A stretch of DNA of 64,000 nt from Heterodontus francisci (Eukaryota). The stretch is from NCBI RefSeq assembly GCF_036365525.1, contig NW_027140453.1, forward strand, positions 372,001 to 436,000, read 5' to 3'. Made by a program: the position numbers and the translations under genes. The notes below the pieces were generated by a model that was not told the origin of the DNA, did no database searches, and saw only the letters and a program-made list of their open reading frames with translations. Below are positions 12,347 to 24,666 of the stretch, piece by piece. Each line of letters opens with the position of its first letter. Position 1 is the stretch's first letter.

Positions 12347-12385
12347 CCGAAACGCTTAGCTTCGTGCTTTGTTTGCTGTTATTAT
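12347..12385 (-). pseudogene. TRBJ: TRBJ relic (FGxG deleted)
   Basis: NNSKQSTKLSVS followed by phase-1 g|gtgagt donor; no recognisable RSS. Confidence 0.45.
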
Positions 12386-13210
12386 TGGATATTAGTCAAT
12401 ATTAAAGATGCAGACAAGTACTATGTCGTACTGCATCAGGGGATACCAATTAGAATTAAGCCTGCAGGTTGCTCAATCGTCTGCGAACACACAGAGCTGC
12501 TGGCTCTTTCCCCATAACCCTGCATTTGTTAGCCTTCAAGTATGCATCAAATACATGTTTTAAAAGCTACTATTTAAAGCGACTTTCAGGCAGTGCATTC
12601 CACATGACAGCAACTGGCTGTGTAAAAGCAAATATTCAACTCCCTCTTTGTTTCTTTTACCAATGACAAATCTGTTCTCTTTGCTTACCGACCCTTCTCC
12701 CAGCAGAAATGAGTTATTCTTATTTACTCTATTACAAACCATATGATTTTGGACATTTTGAATATGATATTAATTCTCACCTTAACCTTCTCTTCTCTAA
12801 GGAGAACAACCCCAGTTTCTCCAGTATCTCCACACAATTGAAGTCATTCATCCCTGGAACCACACTAACAAATCTTCTTTAACCTTCTCTGCTCCAATGA
12901 GAACAATATTCTGCTTTTCCAGTCTCTCTATAAAGCTGAAATCCTTTCTCCCTGGTATCAATCACCCCACCACCACTTAATCCTCTCTGCATTACCCTAC
13001 CAGTTTTCAGAATATATCTTGCTGAAATATTGCGAATTAAATATAATAATTATTACAATCATTTGGTAATAAGTGGGGCAACGAGGGAAATCTGGGAAGC
13101 AGGGTCAACCATGCAGCTCTGTGCAGTTATGTACTGGAGTGCAATGCCATGGATAAATATACAACTAACTTAATTGACGCACTCAAAATGTTACATTTTT
13201 TAAAACTTAC

Positions 13211-13262
13211 CCAACACTGTTAATTTGGGATGGTGGCCAAAATGAAAGTTAGTAGTTGCATC
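13211..13262 (-). CDS. TRBJ: TRBJ (D2 cluster), non-canonical FGHH
   Basis: DATTNFHFGHHPKLTVL|gtaag; RSS CACAATG-12-CAGAAAACT. Confidence 0.8.
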
Positions 13263-13899
13263 CACAATGCTACATTCCTATCAGAAAACTAGGATGGCCT
13301 AACAGTTCCCGTAGACTGTCAATACTGTAGCTTGTTCACTGTATTTATTTAGTATATCAAGTGAGCATGTAGTGAAATTGTTAAGCTGTTTGGACATTGC
13401 CATGTACCTCTCACTTTGAATTCTGATTTGAAACAGTGTTTCAGCGTAAATTTAAGTCAATTCCTTATGCACTCAATTTAGTTATTTTCTTGAAGGAAGA
13501 CTAGGTGAGTTTGCCATTTCGTATCTAATCTTCTACAACCTTGACTGGATCTAGTCTTTGTTTATTACATTCAATCATTTTTGTTGAGTCAGTGTGTTAA
13601 AGGTTATGGAACCAAAGACGGTAGCTGGAGCTAAGATAAAACTCAGCCATGATTTAAGTGAATGGTGGAAGAGGCTCAAGGGATGAATGGTCCTTTGTGG
13701 CTTCTTGTGTTTGATTGGAGTCCTTTTCAAAATCGTTGACTCGGGTTTGCATCTGTTATAAACTTGACAGTGGCCCTTCCTGAGTTCAGCTTTTAAAATA
13801 ATCACTACTAGTTGAGCCTTGCCTCTCTGCTTTTACATTGGTGAAGCTTAATGCTTTTACATTGAACACTGGGGGGACAAATCGCTCGGTTTTACATAC

Positions 13900-13955
13900 C
13901 CAGAACTGTTAATCTTGTCCCATCGCCAAAGCGGAGAGGTGTGCTGTTTCCAGAA
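13900..13955 (-). CDS. TRBJ: TRBJ (D2 cluster)
   Basis: SGNSTPLRFGDGTRLTVL|gtatgt; RSS CACAGTG-12-ATTAAAACT. Confidence 0.93.
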
Positions 13956-14507
13956 CACAGTGTTACAAAGCAGTATTAAAACTGCTGGGGACCAATGATT
14001 ACACGATAATTCATCGAATACTCTGACACCTTTGAACAATTATCATTCAACCAATTGCAATGTGTAGATTTGTCTGTCCTTTTCTCCACCATTCCATTTT
14101 AAAGCAGAGAAAATATGGTAACATTTGCTTAGACGTTCTTGGAGCTCTGTGCACAGTTCTGGTCTCCATATCCCTCGGTTAGACCACACTTGGATCACTG
14201 TGCACAGTTCTCGTCTTCATACATATTTACCTATCAGGAAAGACTGAATAGCCTTTATGATAGATAAGAGAAGGCTTAGAGGTGACCTGAAAGAGGCGTC
14301 TAAGATTATGAAAGGGTTGGGGCTTCCAGAGGGTAGACACAGAGAAGTCTGGTAACGTTGTCTTTGCAAAATTGTGCATCTTGGGATTCAAATTTACTCA
14401 AGTTTTCCAGTATGTGGCCAGGTTTGTGAGTTTTGGGAGAATTACGAAGCAATGAATGAACACTTAGAGCGAATTAAATTTGAATATTGAGATCTATTCT
14501 TGTTTAC

Positions 14508-14560
14508 CCACCGAGAACGTAATCCCAGAGCCAAAGTAAGAGATCGAGGTCCCAGCTGAA
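14508..14560 (-). CDS. TRBJ: TRBJ (D2 cluster), short divergent C-terminal end
   Basis: SAGTSISYFGSGITFSV|gtaaac; RSS CACAATG-12-TGTAAAACT. Confidence 0.82.
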
Positions 14561-15736
14561 CACAATGTCACAGGCCAGTTGTAAAACTACCAGGGCCCTC
14601 AGTTAGGCCTGAGCTGGAGTCTCGTGCCCAATTCAGGGCACCACACTTTTGGAAGGATGTCAAGGTCTTGGAGAGCGTGCAGAGAGAGATTTACTGGAAT
14701 GGTCCTAGAAATGAGGGACTCAGTTATGTGGAAAGACTGGAGAAGGTGGGATTGTTCTCCCAGAGAAGGTGAAGGAGAGATTTAATAGTTGATTTCAAAG
14801 CCACGAAGGGCTTTGTTAGAGTCAGTAGGGGGAGACTGATTCCACTGGCCGGAGATTTCACAACCAGAGAACATAGATTTAAGGCAATTGGCAAAAGATC
14901 CAGATGTTTATTGAGGGGCCATTTCTTTACACAACGACTTGTTATGATATGGAATGCATTACCTGAAAATGTGATAGATACTGATTGCATATTGAACTTC
15001 AAAAAAGAATTGGAGCATAGTTCAAAAAGGCGAAAATTGCAGGACTGTATAGAAAGAAAAGGGGTGAGGGAGGCGAATTGGAGAACATTTCCCAACAGCC
15101 GACTCTAGTAAGATGGGCCGAGTGGTATTCTTGTGTCCAACATGCATATTTGTCGAATTATTTCCATCAACTGTTTTTTTTAGAAGTCTGTCCCATTATC
15201 AACAGTGAGCTTTCATTCCAGAAGATCACTGCTTCAGGACGTTAATCATAGCAAGCTGAACAAACTCTGTTTAAGAATGGGATTGAATTTTATACGGATG
15301 AAGGCAAAGCACAATCTTCTAAAACAAAATCGAAGCGGTCATTTTTATTAATTAGTGTGAGGTTAACAATTTTATGCGGCAACAGCTCAGAATTGTTGAC
15401 TTAATTTTGGCTGCAAGCCCATAAAGTATGGATTGACAAAAGTATTAGGGTCATGTCTTTCCAGCCATGTCTATCCTGGATTCTACTCCACCCAATAACC
15501 CTCCTGAGAAAAGAGCCTGAGGAATGTCTCCCAATTCCAAAACAATTCAGCCAATCACAAGAAGGCATTTCCACCATAACATTCTACGTTAGACAACCCA
15601 ATGCACTTCTCTGTCGGTTTAATGTCACACAGCATTTTCTATATTTTTGAAAGGATAATAAGATTGTCGATGTGCTGGTTGATAATTCGAAAATTGGACT
15701 GTAATGGGAAACTGCAGAATATGATGATAGACTATC

Positions 15737-16255
15737 CCTTCTTCTTTCTTTTCTTTCTTTTGGGCCTACTTATCTCGAGAGACAATGGATACGCGCCTGG
15801 AGGTGGTCAGTGGTTTGTGAAGCAGCGCCTGGAGTGGCTATAAAGGCCAATTCTGGAGTGACAGGCTCTTCCACAGGTGCTGCAGAGAAATTTGTTTGTC
15901 GGGGCTGTTGCACAGTTGGCTCTCCCCTTGCGCCTCTGTCTTTTTTCCTGCCAACTACTAAGTCTCTTCGACTCGCCACAATTTAGCCCTGTCTTTATGG
16001 CTGCCCGCCAGCTCTGGCGAACGCTGGCAACTGACTCCCACGACTTGTGATCAATGTCACACGATTTCATGTCGCGTTTGCAGACGTCTTTATAGCGGAG
16101 ACATGGACGGCCTGTGGGTCGGATACCAGTGGCGAACTCGCTGTACAATGTGTCTTTGGGGATCCTGCCATCTTCCATGCGGCTCACATGGCCAAGCCAT
16201 CTCAAGCGCCGCTGACTCAGTAGTGTGTATCAGCTGGGAGTGTTGGCTGCTTCAA
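15737..16255 (-). mobile_element. RTE-clade LINE 3' fragment inside the J cluster
   Basis: RWLGHVSRMEDGRIPKDTLYSE...GRPCLRYKDVCKRDM...CSTCGRACHSRIGLYSH is an RTE ORF C-terminus with a C2H2 finger; GAA-rich tail near 15740. Confidence 0.88.
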
Positions 16256-16294
16256 GGACTAGTTAGACAAACAAAGCCTTTAACATTTACATAC

Positions 16295-16350
16295 CCAAAA
16301 CTGTGAGCTTGGTCCCTTGGCCAAAATATAATGGTTCGGTCTTTCCATAA
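16295..16350 (-). CDS. TRBJ: TRBJ (D2 cluster)
   Basis: YGKTEPLYFGQGTKLTVL|gtatgt; RSS CACAGTG-12-TACAAAACT. Confidence 0.94.
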
Positions 16351-17020
16351 CACAGTGTTACACTCCCATTACAAAACTATTACCCTCCAGACAACCTATT
16401 GCACAAGGAGGCGGCCATTCAGCCCCTCTATCCTGCTCCTCTATTCAAAGGCTGATCTGTACCTCACTTCATTTACCAATCTGATCTCGATATCCCTCGA
16501 TAACCTCCCCAAACAAAGTTATTTCCATCTCAATTTTGTCAGGTCTAATCGCCCTCCAGGATTCACAGCTTTTTGTTGAAGAGGGAGTTCCAGAGATCTT
16601 TTACAATCAATTATTATCATGTACTTTTACTACGGATTCCTCTGCGAGAGGTGAAATCAGAGGGTTTTCCATCAAAATATCTGATGTTAGACATCCCAGT
16701 ACGGCTTTAGTTTCACATAAAAAGCTACAATGAGATTCTTGATATTCCCATTGATAACTAGAATAATGGAGAGTTGTGGGCAATCACAGAATATAACAAT
16801 AGACCAACAAATGGCTTTATCAAGTTTGACTATCCCAGTGGATAGTGAATGGAACAATATAACAATAGTGTTACTCTAAAAGAGAAGCAAATGAATTTCT
16901 TCTAAAGGCAGGCTGGAGATTGGGTCAAATCATTAACTAAACCCTCTCCACTCCCCATTGGAGGCAACATAATAGCAATTAAACTGTAAAATGAATACAA
17001 TGCTGAAACCGTTCACCTAC

Positions 17021-17073
17021 CGAAAACTACTAACTTGGTCCCATCGCCAAAAGTATAATCGTAGTTATTTGAG
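17021..17073 (-). CDS. TRBJ: TRBJ (D2 cluster)
   Basis: SNNYDYTFGDGTKLVVF|gtaggt; RSS CACAGTG-12-GTTAAAAGT. Confidence 0.93.
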
Positions 17074-17573
17074 CACAGTGATGCCTGTCAGTGTTAAAAG
17101 TCCCATCTAGTTAGAAATGCTCAAATGCAACGTCTTCGAAATGATGTACTCAAATTGTAGATTTACATACTATGAATGTGTGATGTAAAGACAGCGGCAA
17201 TGCACCCTAGATATTGGACAGGAGAACAACAGGTTAATTATAGGGCCTGGTGGAGGTTACAGAGACAGCGAGATTTGTCGGGATTGGAGGATGTTGCAGG
17301 GATACGGAGAGTTATAGAGGCTGGAGGCGGTTACAGGGATAGGGAGGTTTGTAGGGGCCGGAGGACGTTACAGTGACAGGGAGGCCTTGGGTTGAGTTGA
17401 AAACAAATGTGAAAGATATTTAAACCAAGATATTGCAGGTCCAGCTGCCAATATAAATCGGCGAGGTGATTCTGTGACCGAGAACATAATGTATTTTAGA
17501 GCATCTAATTTCGTCTGAGAATCTCAAATATCCTCATTAACGAAAACAACAAAAGCTTCTGTTCTATGCTCAC

Positions 17574-17626
17574 CTAAAACAATCAATTTTGTCCCGTCAC
17601 TGAAGTAATACGGAGTATTTCCTGTA
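17574..17626 (-). CDS. TRBJ: TRBJ (D2 cluster), FSDG variant
   Basis: TGNTPYYFSDGTKLIVL|gtgagc; RSS CACAATG-12-AGTATAACT. Confidence 0.87.
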
Positions 17627-18683
17627 CACAATGTTACATGACAATAGTATAACTACAGGTCGAAGAGCAATGAAGCTGGTGCACTGATGCAAAACCTCAC
17701 ACAGAATGCACTGGAGATTTGACTCTTTATGTTAAGGGCATTATAATGTTAATTAGAAAATCATTGTGAGGAATAGAAAGGGAAGTTCGTTACTCAGATA
17801 GTGGTAATAATGTGGAATGCACTACCACAGGGAATGGGTTGAGGTGAATTGTGGAGATGCTTTCAAGGAGTGAGTTGGAAAAAGACATGGGAGAGAAAGG
17901 AATAGAAGATTAGATGATGTAAGGGTGAGAGGAGGCTCGTGTGCAGTTTCACCACTGGTTTGCTTACACACTGTAAATTCTATATAATTAAATGTAATTA
18001 TGATGTTTTATTTCACTCATTCTGGGGGAAGAACGATGACAGCATTTTTTGGAAACAAATAATCTGCCCTCTGAGAAAACGGTTAATAAATCTGCTACTG
18101 CCTCCCTGACAGGACTGCAGATAGACCTACACCCCATTGAGTGCAGGGGCGATGGTTGCAAAGTGATAATGTTACTGTGCTAGTAATGTTCTGGTTCAAA
18201 TCCCGAGGGTAGCTAGAGGAATTAAACTTCAACTGATAAATGAAAGTCTGGTTTAACTGCATGAAACTATCGTCAATTGTCAGAAAACCCCGCCTGTTGT
18301 CATATAAGTGACTTCAGACTTCAGTTGACTCTCAACTGCCTTCTGAAACAGCAAACCACCCAGTCCAAGAGCAATTAGGGTTGGGCAGCAAAACTTGGCC
18401 TTGCCAGCGACGCCCATATCTGATGAAAAAAAATGAGCTAGCAGACCACTCAGAGGGCAATTAGGGATGGGCAATAAATTCTGGTCCACATGCCACGAAC
18501 GAATTAAAAAAATGTATTTCCCTGTGCATCTTAGTATTTTCCATCTATTCTGCCTTTTATGCACATTGGAAATGCTGCCTGAAATTTTTTTGTTATTTGT
18601 CAATGCAACATTTCAGTTGCAAACTGAAACTCAGAAACAGCGTGAGCTACAATCATTTTTTTTTCAAAGAACGTCCAACTCAC

Positions 18684-18736
18684 CCAACACAGTCAGTTTT
18701 GTCCCGTCACCGAAGAAATACTCGTAGCTTCCAGAA
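18684..18736 (-). CDS. TRBJ: TRBJ (D2 cluster)
   Basis: SGSYEYFFGDGTKLTVL|gtgagt; RSS CACAGTG-12-TACTAAACT. Confidence 0.94.
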
Positions 18737-19038
18737 CACAGTGTTTCAGCCCTGTTACTAAACTATACTGGTCCCTGAAAGGTTGCCGAATATTTGAGTG
18801 AATAATACAGCTCTTGTTTGTTTGTCCATGATCAGCTAAATGGGAGAAATTTTCCCTTCTTTAAACACAGATCCAGTTCAAGAATCAGTCTTTCTCCTTC
18901 TCTCTCTCTCTGTCTCTGTTTGTGTCTTAAATGCATTGGAAAAATGTCTTTCTCCAATGAACCCGGAGCCTTAAGCATCTTTCCGACCATTTCAGACAAC
19001 ATGCATTCTCAGAATTGGCCTAACATTCCTGGACTCAC

Positions 19039-19088
19039 CTGCCACTACTAACTTGGTAACGCTTCCGAAGTAATATTGATTGCCAGAA
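19039..19088 (-). CDS. TRBJ: TRBJ (D2 cluster), FGSV variant
   Basis: SGNQYYFGSVTKLVVA|gtgagt; RSS CACAATG-12-AACAAAACT. Confidence 0.87.
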
Positions 19089-20150
19089 CACAATGAGAGA
19101 CCCTTGTAACAAAACTTCATAAGGCGAGGTGCAGGTCTTGCCTATATCACACTTGGACCCTGTCCTCGAAAGGGTTTGTAGATCACATCTCCTTAATTTA
19201 TATATCTCCTAATTTACATTTGTGGCTCACGAGCAAGGTCATAGAATCAGAAATATACATTACTGAAGGGGAGACCATTCGGCCCATAGGACCTCTGCTG
19301 ACTTCATGAAAGGGTTTTAACATAGTCCTGGATATTTCCCTTCGAGTATCTATCAATTTCCATTTTGAAATTCACTACTGAACCAACTTCCACCACCAGT
19401 TCAGATGTGCCTTCCCGATCACAGTAACTACCTTTGTGGGAGAATGTCTCTTCATCCCGCCTCTGGTCCTTTTTGTCAATTGCCTCAAAACCTGTGTCCT
19501 CTGGTTACCGACCCTTCTACCAATGGAGACTGTTTCTGATTATTAACTCTATCCAAAACCTTCATTAATTTGAACACCTCTTTTCAATCTCCCTTTAACC
19601 TTCTCTGTTGAAAGCAGAATAATTCCAGGTTCTCCAGTCTCTACAACTATCTGAGGCCCCTCATCTCTGGTACCATTCTGGTGAATCATTTCTGCTCCCT
19701 ATCTCAGGCCTTCATAAAGTGTGGTACCCAGAACTGCACACAATGCTCCAGCTGGGACCTAACCAGTGATTTGTAAATGTTAATCCTCACTTCCTTACGG
19801 AACTCCTTGTGAATCCTTCACCAATGATGGTCTGTTCCAGCATCATCAACTGGTCATTTCAAACATATTAACCCTTTTTTTGACCTAGCTCTCTCTCTAA
19901 CTCACTCCTCGCATTAAACCGCTGGAGTAACATTAGGGACAGGGGGAGGTCATTCAGAGTCTGATTTCCCAGACAGCTATCACTTGTTGATTTCCACACA
20001 CACAATCGGTCATTGTTAAGAAACGGGTGGCACCTGAATAGGGAATATGATTAGCGTTATCTTCATATATTAATCTTGTAAATTTCAATCAGACTATACC
20101 ATATCAGACCGTGCGGAATGATTCTGACTGACGCCACGCTAATCAGTTAC

Positions 20151-20202
20151 CTAAAACCACGAGGTTTGTGCCATCGCCAAATGTGTAGTCGTTGTTCCCT
20201 GA
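20151..20202 (-). CDS. TRBJ: TRBJ (D2 cluster)
   Basis: SGNNDYTFGDGTNLVVL|gtaact; RSS CACAATG-12-AACAAAGTG. Confidence 0.92.
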
Positions 20203-20634
20203 CACAATGTTACACAGTTGTAACAAAGTGAGGGAATCTTTAACTCTCTGCACACCGGTTAATTAAGTGCAGTTGCATCATTTTGTATTGGGTTGCATTT
20301 ATTATCCCGCCCTTTCAGTCTTTACCTCGTTTTGTCATTTTTTTTGTCTTTGTCTCCACCTCTCCCATCTTTTTCTCTATAATTTTCAATCCCCTTTTGC
20401 CTGCATTTAGCTCCCAATCTGTTTCTCTGTAGATATGGTTTGTCTCCCTAGCCTTCTTCCGTTTGCACCTCGCCATTCCCCTATGTTTAGTTTTTTTAAC
20501 TGTTGCTTCATTACTCTTTGTTTTTTCTCAAGATTACCTTCTCTCTCCTTTCTTCAAATTGACGGGAGAAAACTTGCTGACAGTTTTAATACTTACTGAG
20601 ACCAATGATATGGTTCGACAAATATCTCACTCAC

Positions 20635-20692
20635 CCAGGATTGTTAACTTAGTGCCGTCTCCGAAATATGATGGCTGGTTATTTCCTGCTCC
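20635..20692 (-). CDS. TRBJ: TRBJ (D2 cluster)
   Basis: GAGNNQPSYFGDGTKLTIL|gtgagt; RSS CACATCA-12-ACAAAAACA. Confidence 0.92.
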
Positions 20693-21245
20693 CACATCAT
20701 TATGTCACAACACAAAAACATTCCTCAATTGCGCCCTGCCAGTTTTCAGTGTCCATCTCATTAATATTTGATATTGCCCTTTGACTAACATGAGCTGACC
20801 ATACAACAAAGTATACCCATAAAATAACCGGGTGGGGAGGTGGGGGAGGGGGGGGGGCTTGACCATTAAAGCTAGCAACATTCACAGTACCGTCTATCCA
20901 TCCATCTGTGAATCTGTTAGATGTCCACAGATACAGTGCTTATAATACAGGAAGATTTTACATGGAGTTCTTCATAATTATTAATTAACTTCTACACACA
21001 AGTTGGGGACCAGATAGCTCAGTTGGCGAACGTGCCAGTTAGAACAATGCTTACAGAATGGATTCATTTCTCACTGTGTCTGGGGAAGTCAAGGGGAAGC
21101 CTCCTCATAGACACTCCTCCCCATTCATGCTCCTCTCTCCTGCTGGTGAAAAGGAACAGAGAGCCAGTCCATCAGATGACCACCAGCCTGCACAGACAAG
21201 ATGAACCCAGCATCCCTGGCTTCATTGAATGAAAGTCTAACTCAC

Positions 21246-21302
21246 CCAATACTGTTAGAGCCGAACCATCTCCAAAATGTAAAGGCTCGTAGCTCCCGCC
21301 TG
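21246..21302 (-). CDS. TRBJ: TRBJ (D2 cluster)
   Basis: GGSYEPLHFGDGSALTVL|gtgagt; RSS CACTATA-12-ACCAAAACA. Confidence 0.9.
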
Positions 21303-21457
21303 CACTATACTAAACAACAGTACCAAAACACACCTTTGGATAGACATATACACCGACAGAAAAGTAGCTATGTCGATAGATAAACATAAAGATGGATACA
21401 CAGACCGATACATTATGGATGATGGAACAATAGATGTTTATATAGACGGTAACGTAC

Positions 21458-21507
21458 CTAAAACAGTTAACTTGGTACCAGCTCCGAAGTAGTAAATATC
21501 AGAAGAG
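21458..21507 (-). CDS. TRBJ: TRBJ (D2 cluster)
   Basis: SSDIYYFGAGTKLTVL|gtacgt; RSS CACAGAG-12-ATCAAAACC. Confidence 0.93.
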
Positions 21508-23043
21508 CACAGAGCTAAATCCCTGCATCAAAACCTCTCACCTCTCTCTGATTCATGTCCTGAAGGAGCCTTTCACAACTAGAAAGAACCTCCAGGAGTA
21601 TTGGCACAAAGGAACATAGAAATGCTGTCGCTGGAGTAGGCCATTCAGCCCATCGAGCTTGTTCTGACATTCAGTGAGGTCATGACTCATCTGTATTGTA
21701 ACCCCATCAGCCTGTTTGTGTTCCAAACCCTTTTCCTAACAAGGCTCTATCATTCTCAGATTGGGAAGTGACAATTGACCCTGTGGCCTCAGCAGTTTCA
21801 TAGGGGAGAGAGGCCCAGATTTCCACCACCGTTTGTTCAGTTATGTCCTTTCTGGCATCACCCCTGAACGGCCAAGCTTTGATGTTAAGCTAATGCTCCC
21901 CTCCACCCTCACCCTTGTTCTGGGCTCTGACACCCGCGGAAATTGCAGCTCTATCTACCCTATCGAATCCTCTCATTATCTTAAACACATCAGTTGGATC
22001 AATCCTTAATCTCCAATGCTCAACATCTCTAAGCAACCTGCCCCCATAATTTAATCCCGGCATCATTCTGGTAAATGAGGAAAGATCGATCGCAATCTGC
22101 CCTGGTCTTTCAGCTCATGTTCCCCAGGTCGTTCAATGTGCATTCAACACCCAGTGTCCATTCACAAACAAAAAAATCCCCTTTGATACTTCTCATCCAT
22201 TCAAACGCTTTAGGATAATGGGGAATACATCAAATCATATCGAGGATTCAGCACCGAACCAGACCATTCAGCCCACTACGTCCTAGCCGATTAAATGCTC
22301 CACATGATCCTTCTCACACCCTCTTCATCTCACCCCATCCTTTTAAAAGGTCCTTTTATTCCTTTCTCCCCCATATGTTTATCCAGCTTCCCTCTTAAAT
22401 ACATCTCTGCTATTCGCCTCAGCCCACTCCCTGTGGTAGTGAGTTCCACATTCTCGCCACTCTCTGGTTGAAAAGGCTTCTCCTGAACTCCATATTTGAT
22501 TTATTAGTGACTGTCTTATATTGATGGTCCCCTGGTTCTGGTCTCCTCAACAAGTGGAATCATCTTGCCTCTGTCATAATCTTAAAGACCTCGATCTGGT
22601 TATCCCCTCTGCCTTCTCTTTTCTGGAGAAAACAGCACCAGCCTCTTCATTCTTGACCTGTGGTTATATCCTCTCAGTTTTGGGAGCACATTTGTAAATA
22701 TGTTTTGTTTTGCTCTATCCAGAGCCTCTGCTTTTTTAATCATATGCAGTCCAGAACGGCATACTGAAGAATTGAATCTGACAGTTTTCGTTCTGTGTCT
22801 GTGTCCTCTTGTTTTGTTCTCATTTGCAGCTACATTGCTGTTTGTACTGTTTATTTTAGAGACCCTCCCTTATGTCCCCACTCAAACCCCTTTCCAAATG
22901 AATTCATCAGTTGTAGGTCTCCCTTTTTAAGCCCAAGAGTCGAAATTAATTCACCGAATTCCTAAATATTCACTCCCACGACCACCCCACGTGAATTCCC
23001 GAATTGAATCAACTTTTCCAGTGTTAGGAAGGCATTCACTCAC

Positions 23044-23093
23044 CTAAAACCACCAGTTTGGTCCCATCACCGAAATATGCTTCTCCAACGTTA
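23044..23093 (-). CDS. TRBJ: TRBJ (D2 cluster)
   Basis: NVGEAYFGDGTKLVVL|gtgagt; RSS CACAATG-12-CGCAAAATC. Confidence 0.94.
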
Positions 23094-23670
23094 CACAATG
23101 GTATGGGGCTGTCGCAAAATCCCCCTCAAGTCTAGATTGTTCAGTCTGTTCCATTGAAGTTCGGACTGTGTCAATGGCCCGTAAAGGGTGTTGGAACAGG
23201 GGGACAGGAGGTGGCCGTTCAGCCCTTCTAGCCTGTTCCACCATTCAATTCGATCAGTGTTGATCTGAATCTTAACTCCATCATCCCACCTTGGTTCTGT
23301 AACCCTCAATACTTCTGTTTAACAAAACTCTAACAATCTTGGATTTGAACTTATCAATTGACCACCAGTCTCAACAGTATTTTATTTTGTTGTGGGGGTG
23401 CGGGGAGAGTTCCTGATATCACCCCTGAACGGCTCGAATTTCAATTGTTCTGGACTCCCCCCAACCTGAAGAAGCAGTTTCTCTCTATCTATCCAACACC
23501 TCAAGCACCTCGATTATATCAGCCCTTTAATGATCTATATTCAAGGGACTGTCAGCTTAGTCTGAGTAACCAGTCCTCATGATTTAACCCCTTTCTGCAT
23601 CTAATATCTGAACTTACTCCCCGCATATAAACCTAGATGTTGATCTGATAGGAAGAACAGAGTCCCTTAC

Positions 23671-23718
23671 CGAAAACTGTTAACTTGGTCCCGTCGCCGA
23701 AGTAAGCTATGTTTCCTG
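23671..23718 (-). CDS. TRBJ: TRBJ (D2 cluster)
   Basis: GNIAYFGDGTKLTVF|gtaagg; heptamer CACAATG, weak nonamer TCATGATCT. Confidence 0.9.
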
Positions 23719-24080
23719 CACAATGGTCTAAACCCAGTCATGATCTGGCCCGGGAACTGTTCCATTTGCAACTGAACGGGTCTGTGCCGGGCGGTTTACC
23801 GGGGAACACATCGCCAAGGGGGTGTCCCGTTGGACTGGTCTTTGCGAACCAGAAGGAAGGGCCAGTGTCGTTCCGGGGAGAGAAACACCGCGCCAAAGTG
23901 ACAAACGGATGCTTGTGGCAGGAGGGAAATTAGGCGCAATTCTCGGCGGTCATGAGACAGATCTAACCGGCTGCCTAACTCGTTAAACTGTCCGGGGAGG
24001 AGGGGGGGCGGGGGCAGTAAGCTTGGAATGCACACAGCTAGACATGAAGGTAGAGAGAACAAAAGACCCCTTTATCTTAC

Positions 24081-24131
24081 CTAACACCATCAGTTTGGTG
24101 CCGGTCCCGAAATTGAGTGGTGCTGTTGTAG
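24081..24131 (-). CDS. TRBJ: TRBJ (first J of D2 cluster)
   Basis: TTAPLNFGTGTKLMVL|gtaaga; RSS CACATCA-12-GCACGAACC. Confidence 0.92.
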
Positions 24132-24653
24132 CACATCAGCAAATCATGTTGCACGAACCCAGTCGAAAACAGTTTGCTAAAAGTGACCTGCTCAGCGTTT
24201 AGGAAGCACTGGTCAAGACAATCAGGACACACAAAGCAGCTTACAGCCAATGAAGCAGTTTGTTTAGGAAGTGGTCACCACAGGGAGACAGAGCAACTGA
24301 TATTGTACCAAGGAAGTCCCATCAAACAGCAGTGAGATTAATGAGTAGATCATTGTGATGTTGGTTGAGCATCAATATTGGTCCCAAGACACCGGGGTGG
24401 TGTTTCAGGGGTTGAAGAGTAACCAGTTTTCACACAAATAACACACAGTTATTCTCTTTTCCAGAGGAATGCTCTACGTTATAAAGCTGGACCATTCTGA
24501 GGCATCTACAAGATTGAAAGGGCCCAGCTCCCGCCATAATCCAGAGGAGATGTTTATTCGTTTACTCTGTTGCCACTGCTCTTCTGCTAATCTTCCTCGA
24601 GGTATGCAGAGCGAGGTTTTTGTACGGAGGCTGCATTGGATTCTATCACAGTG

Positions 24654-24666
24654 TCCCCCCTGTCCC
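24654..24666 (-). CDS. TRBD: TRBD2 (C-proximal D segment)
   Basis: GGGACAGGGGGGA (vertebrate Dbeta core GGGACAGGGGG). Flanked by a 5' 12-RSS (24667-24694) and a 3' 23-RSS CACTGTG-23-ACAAAAACC (24615-24653). Confidence 0.97.
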
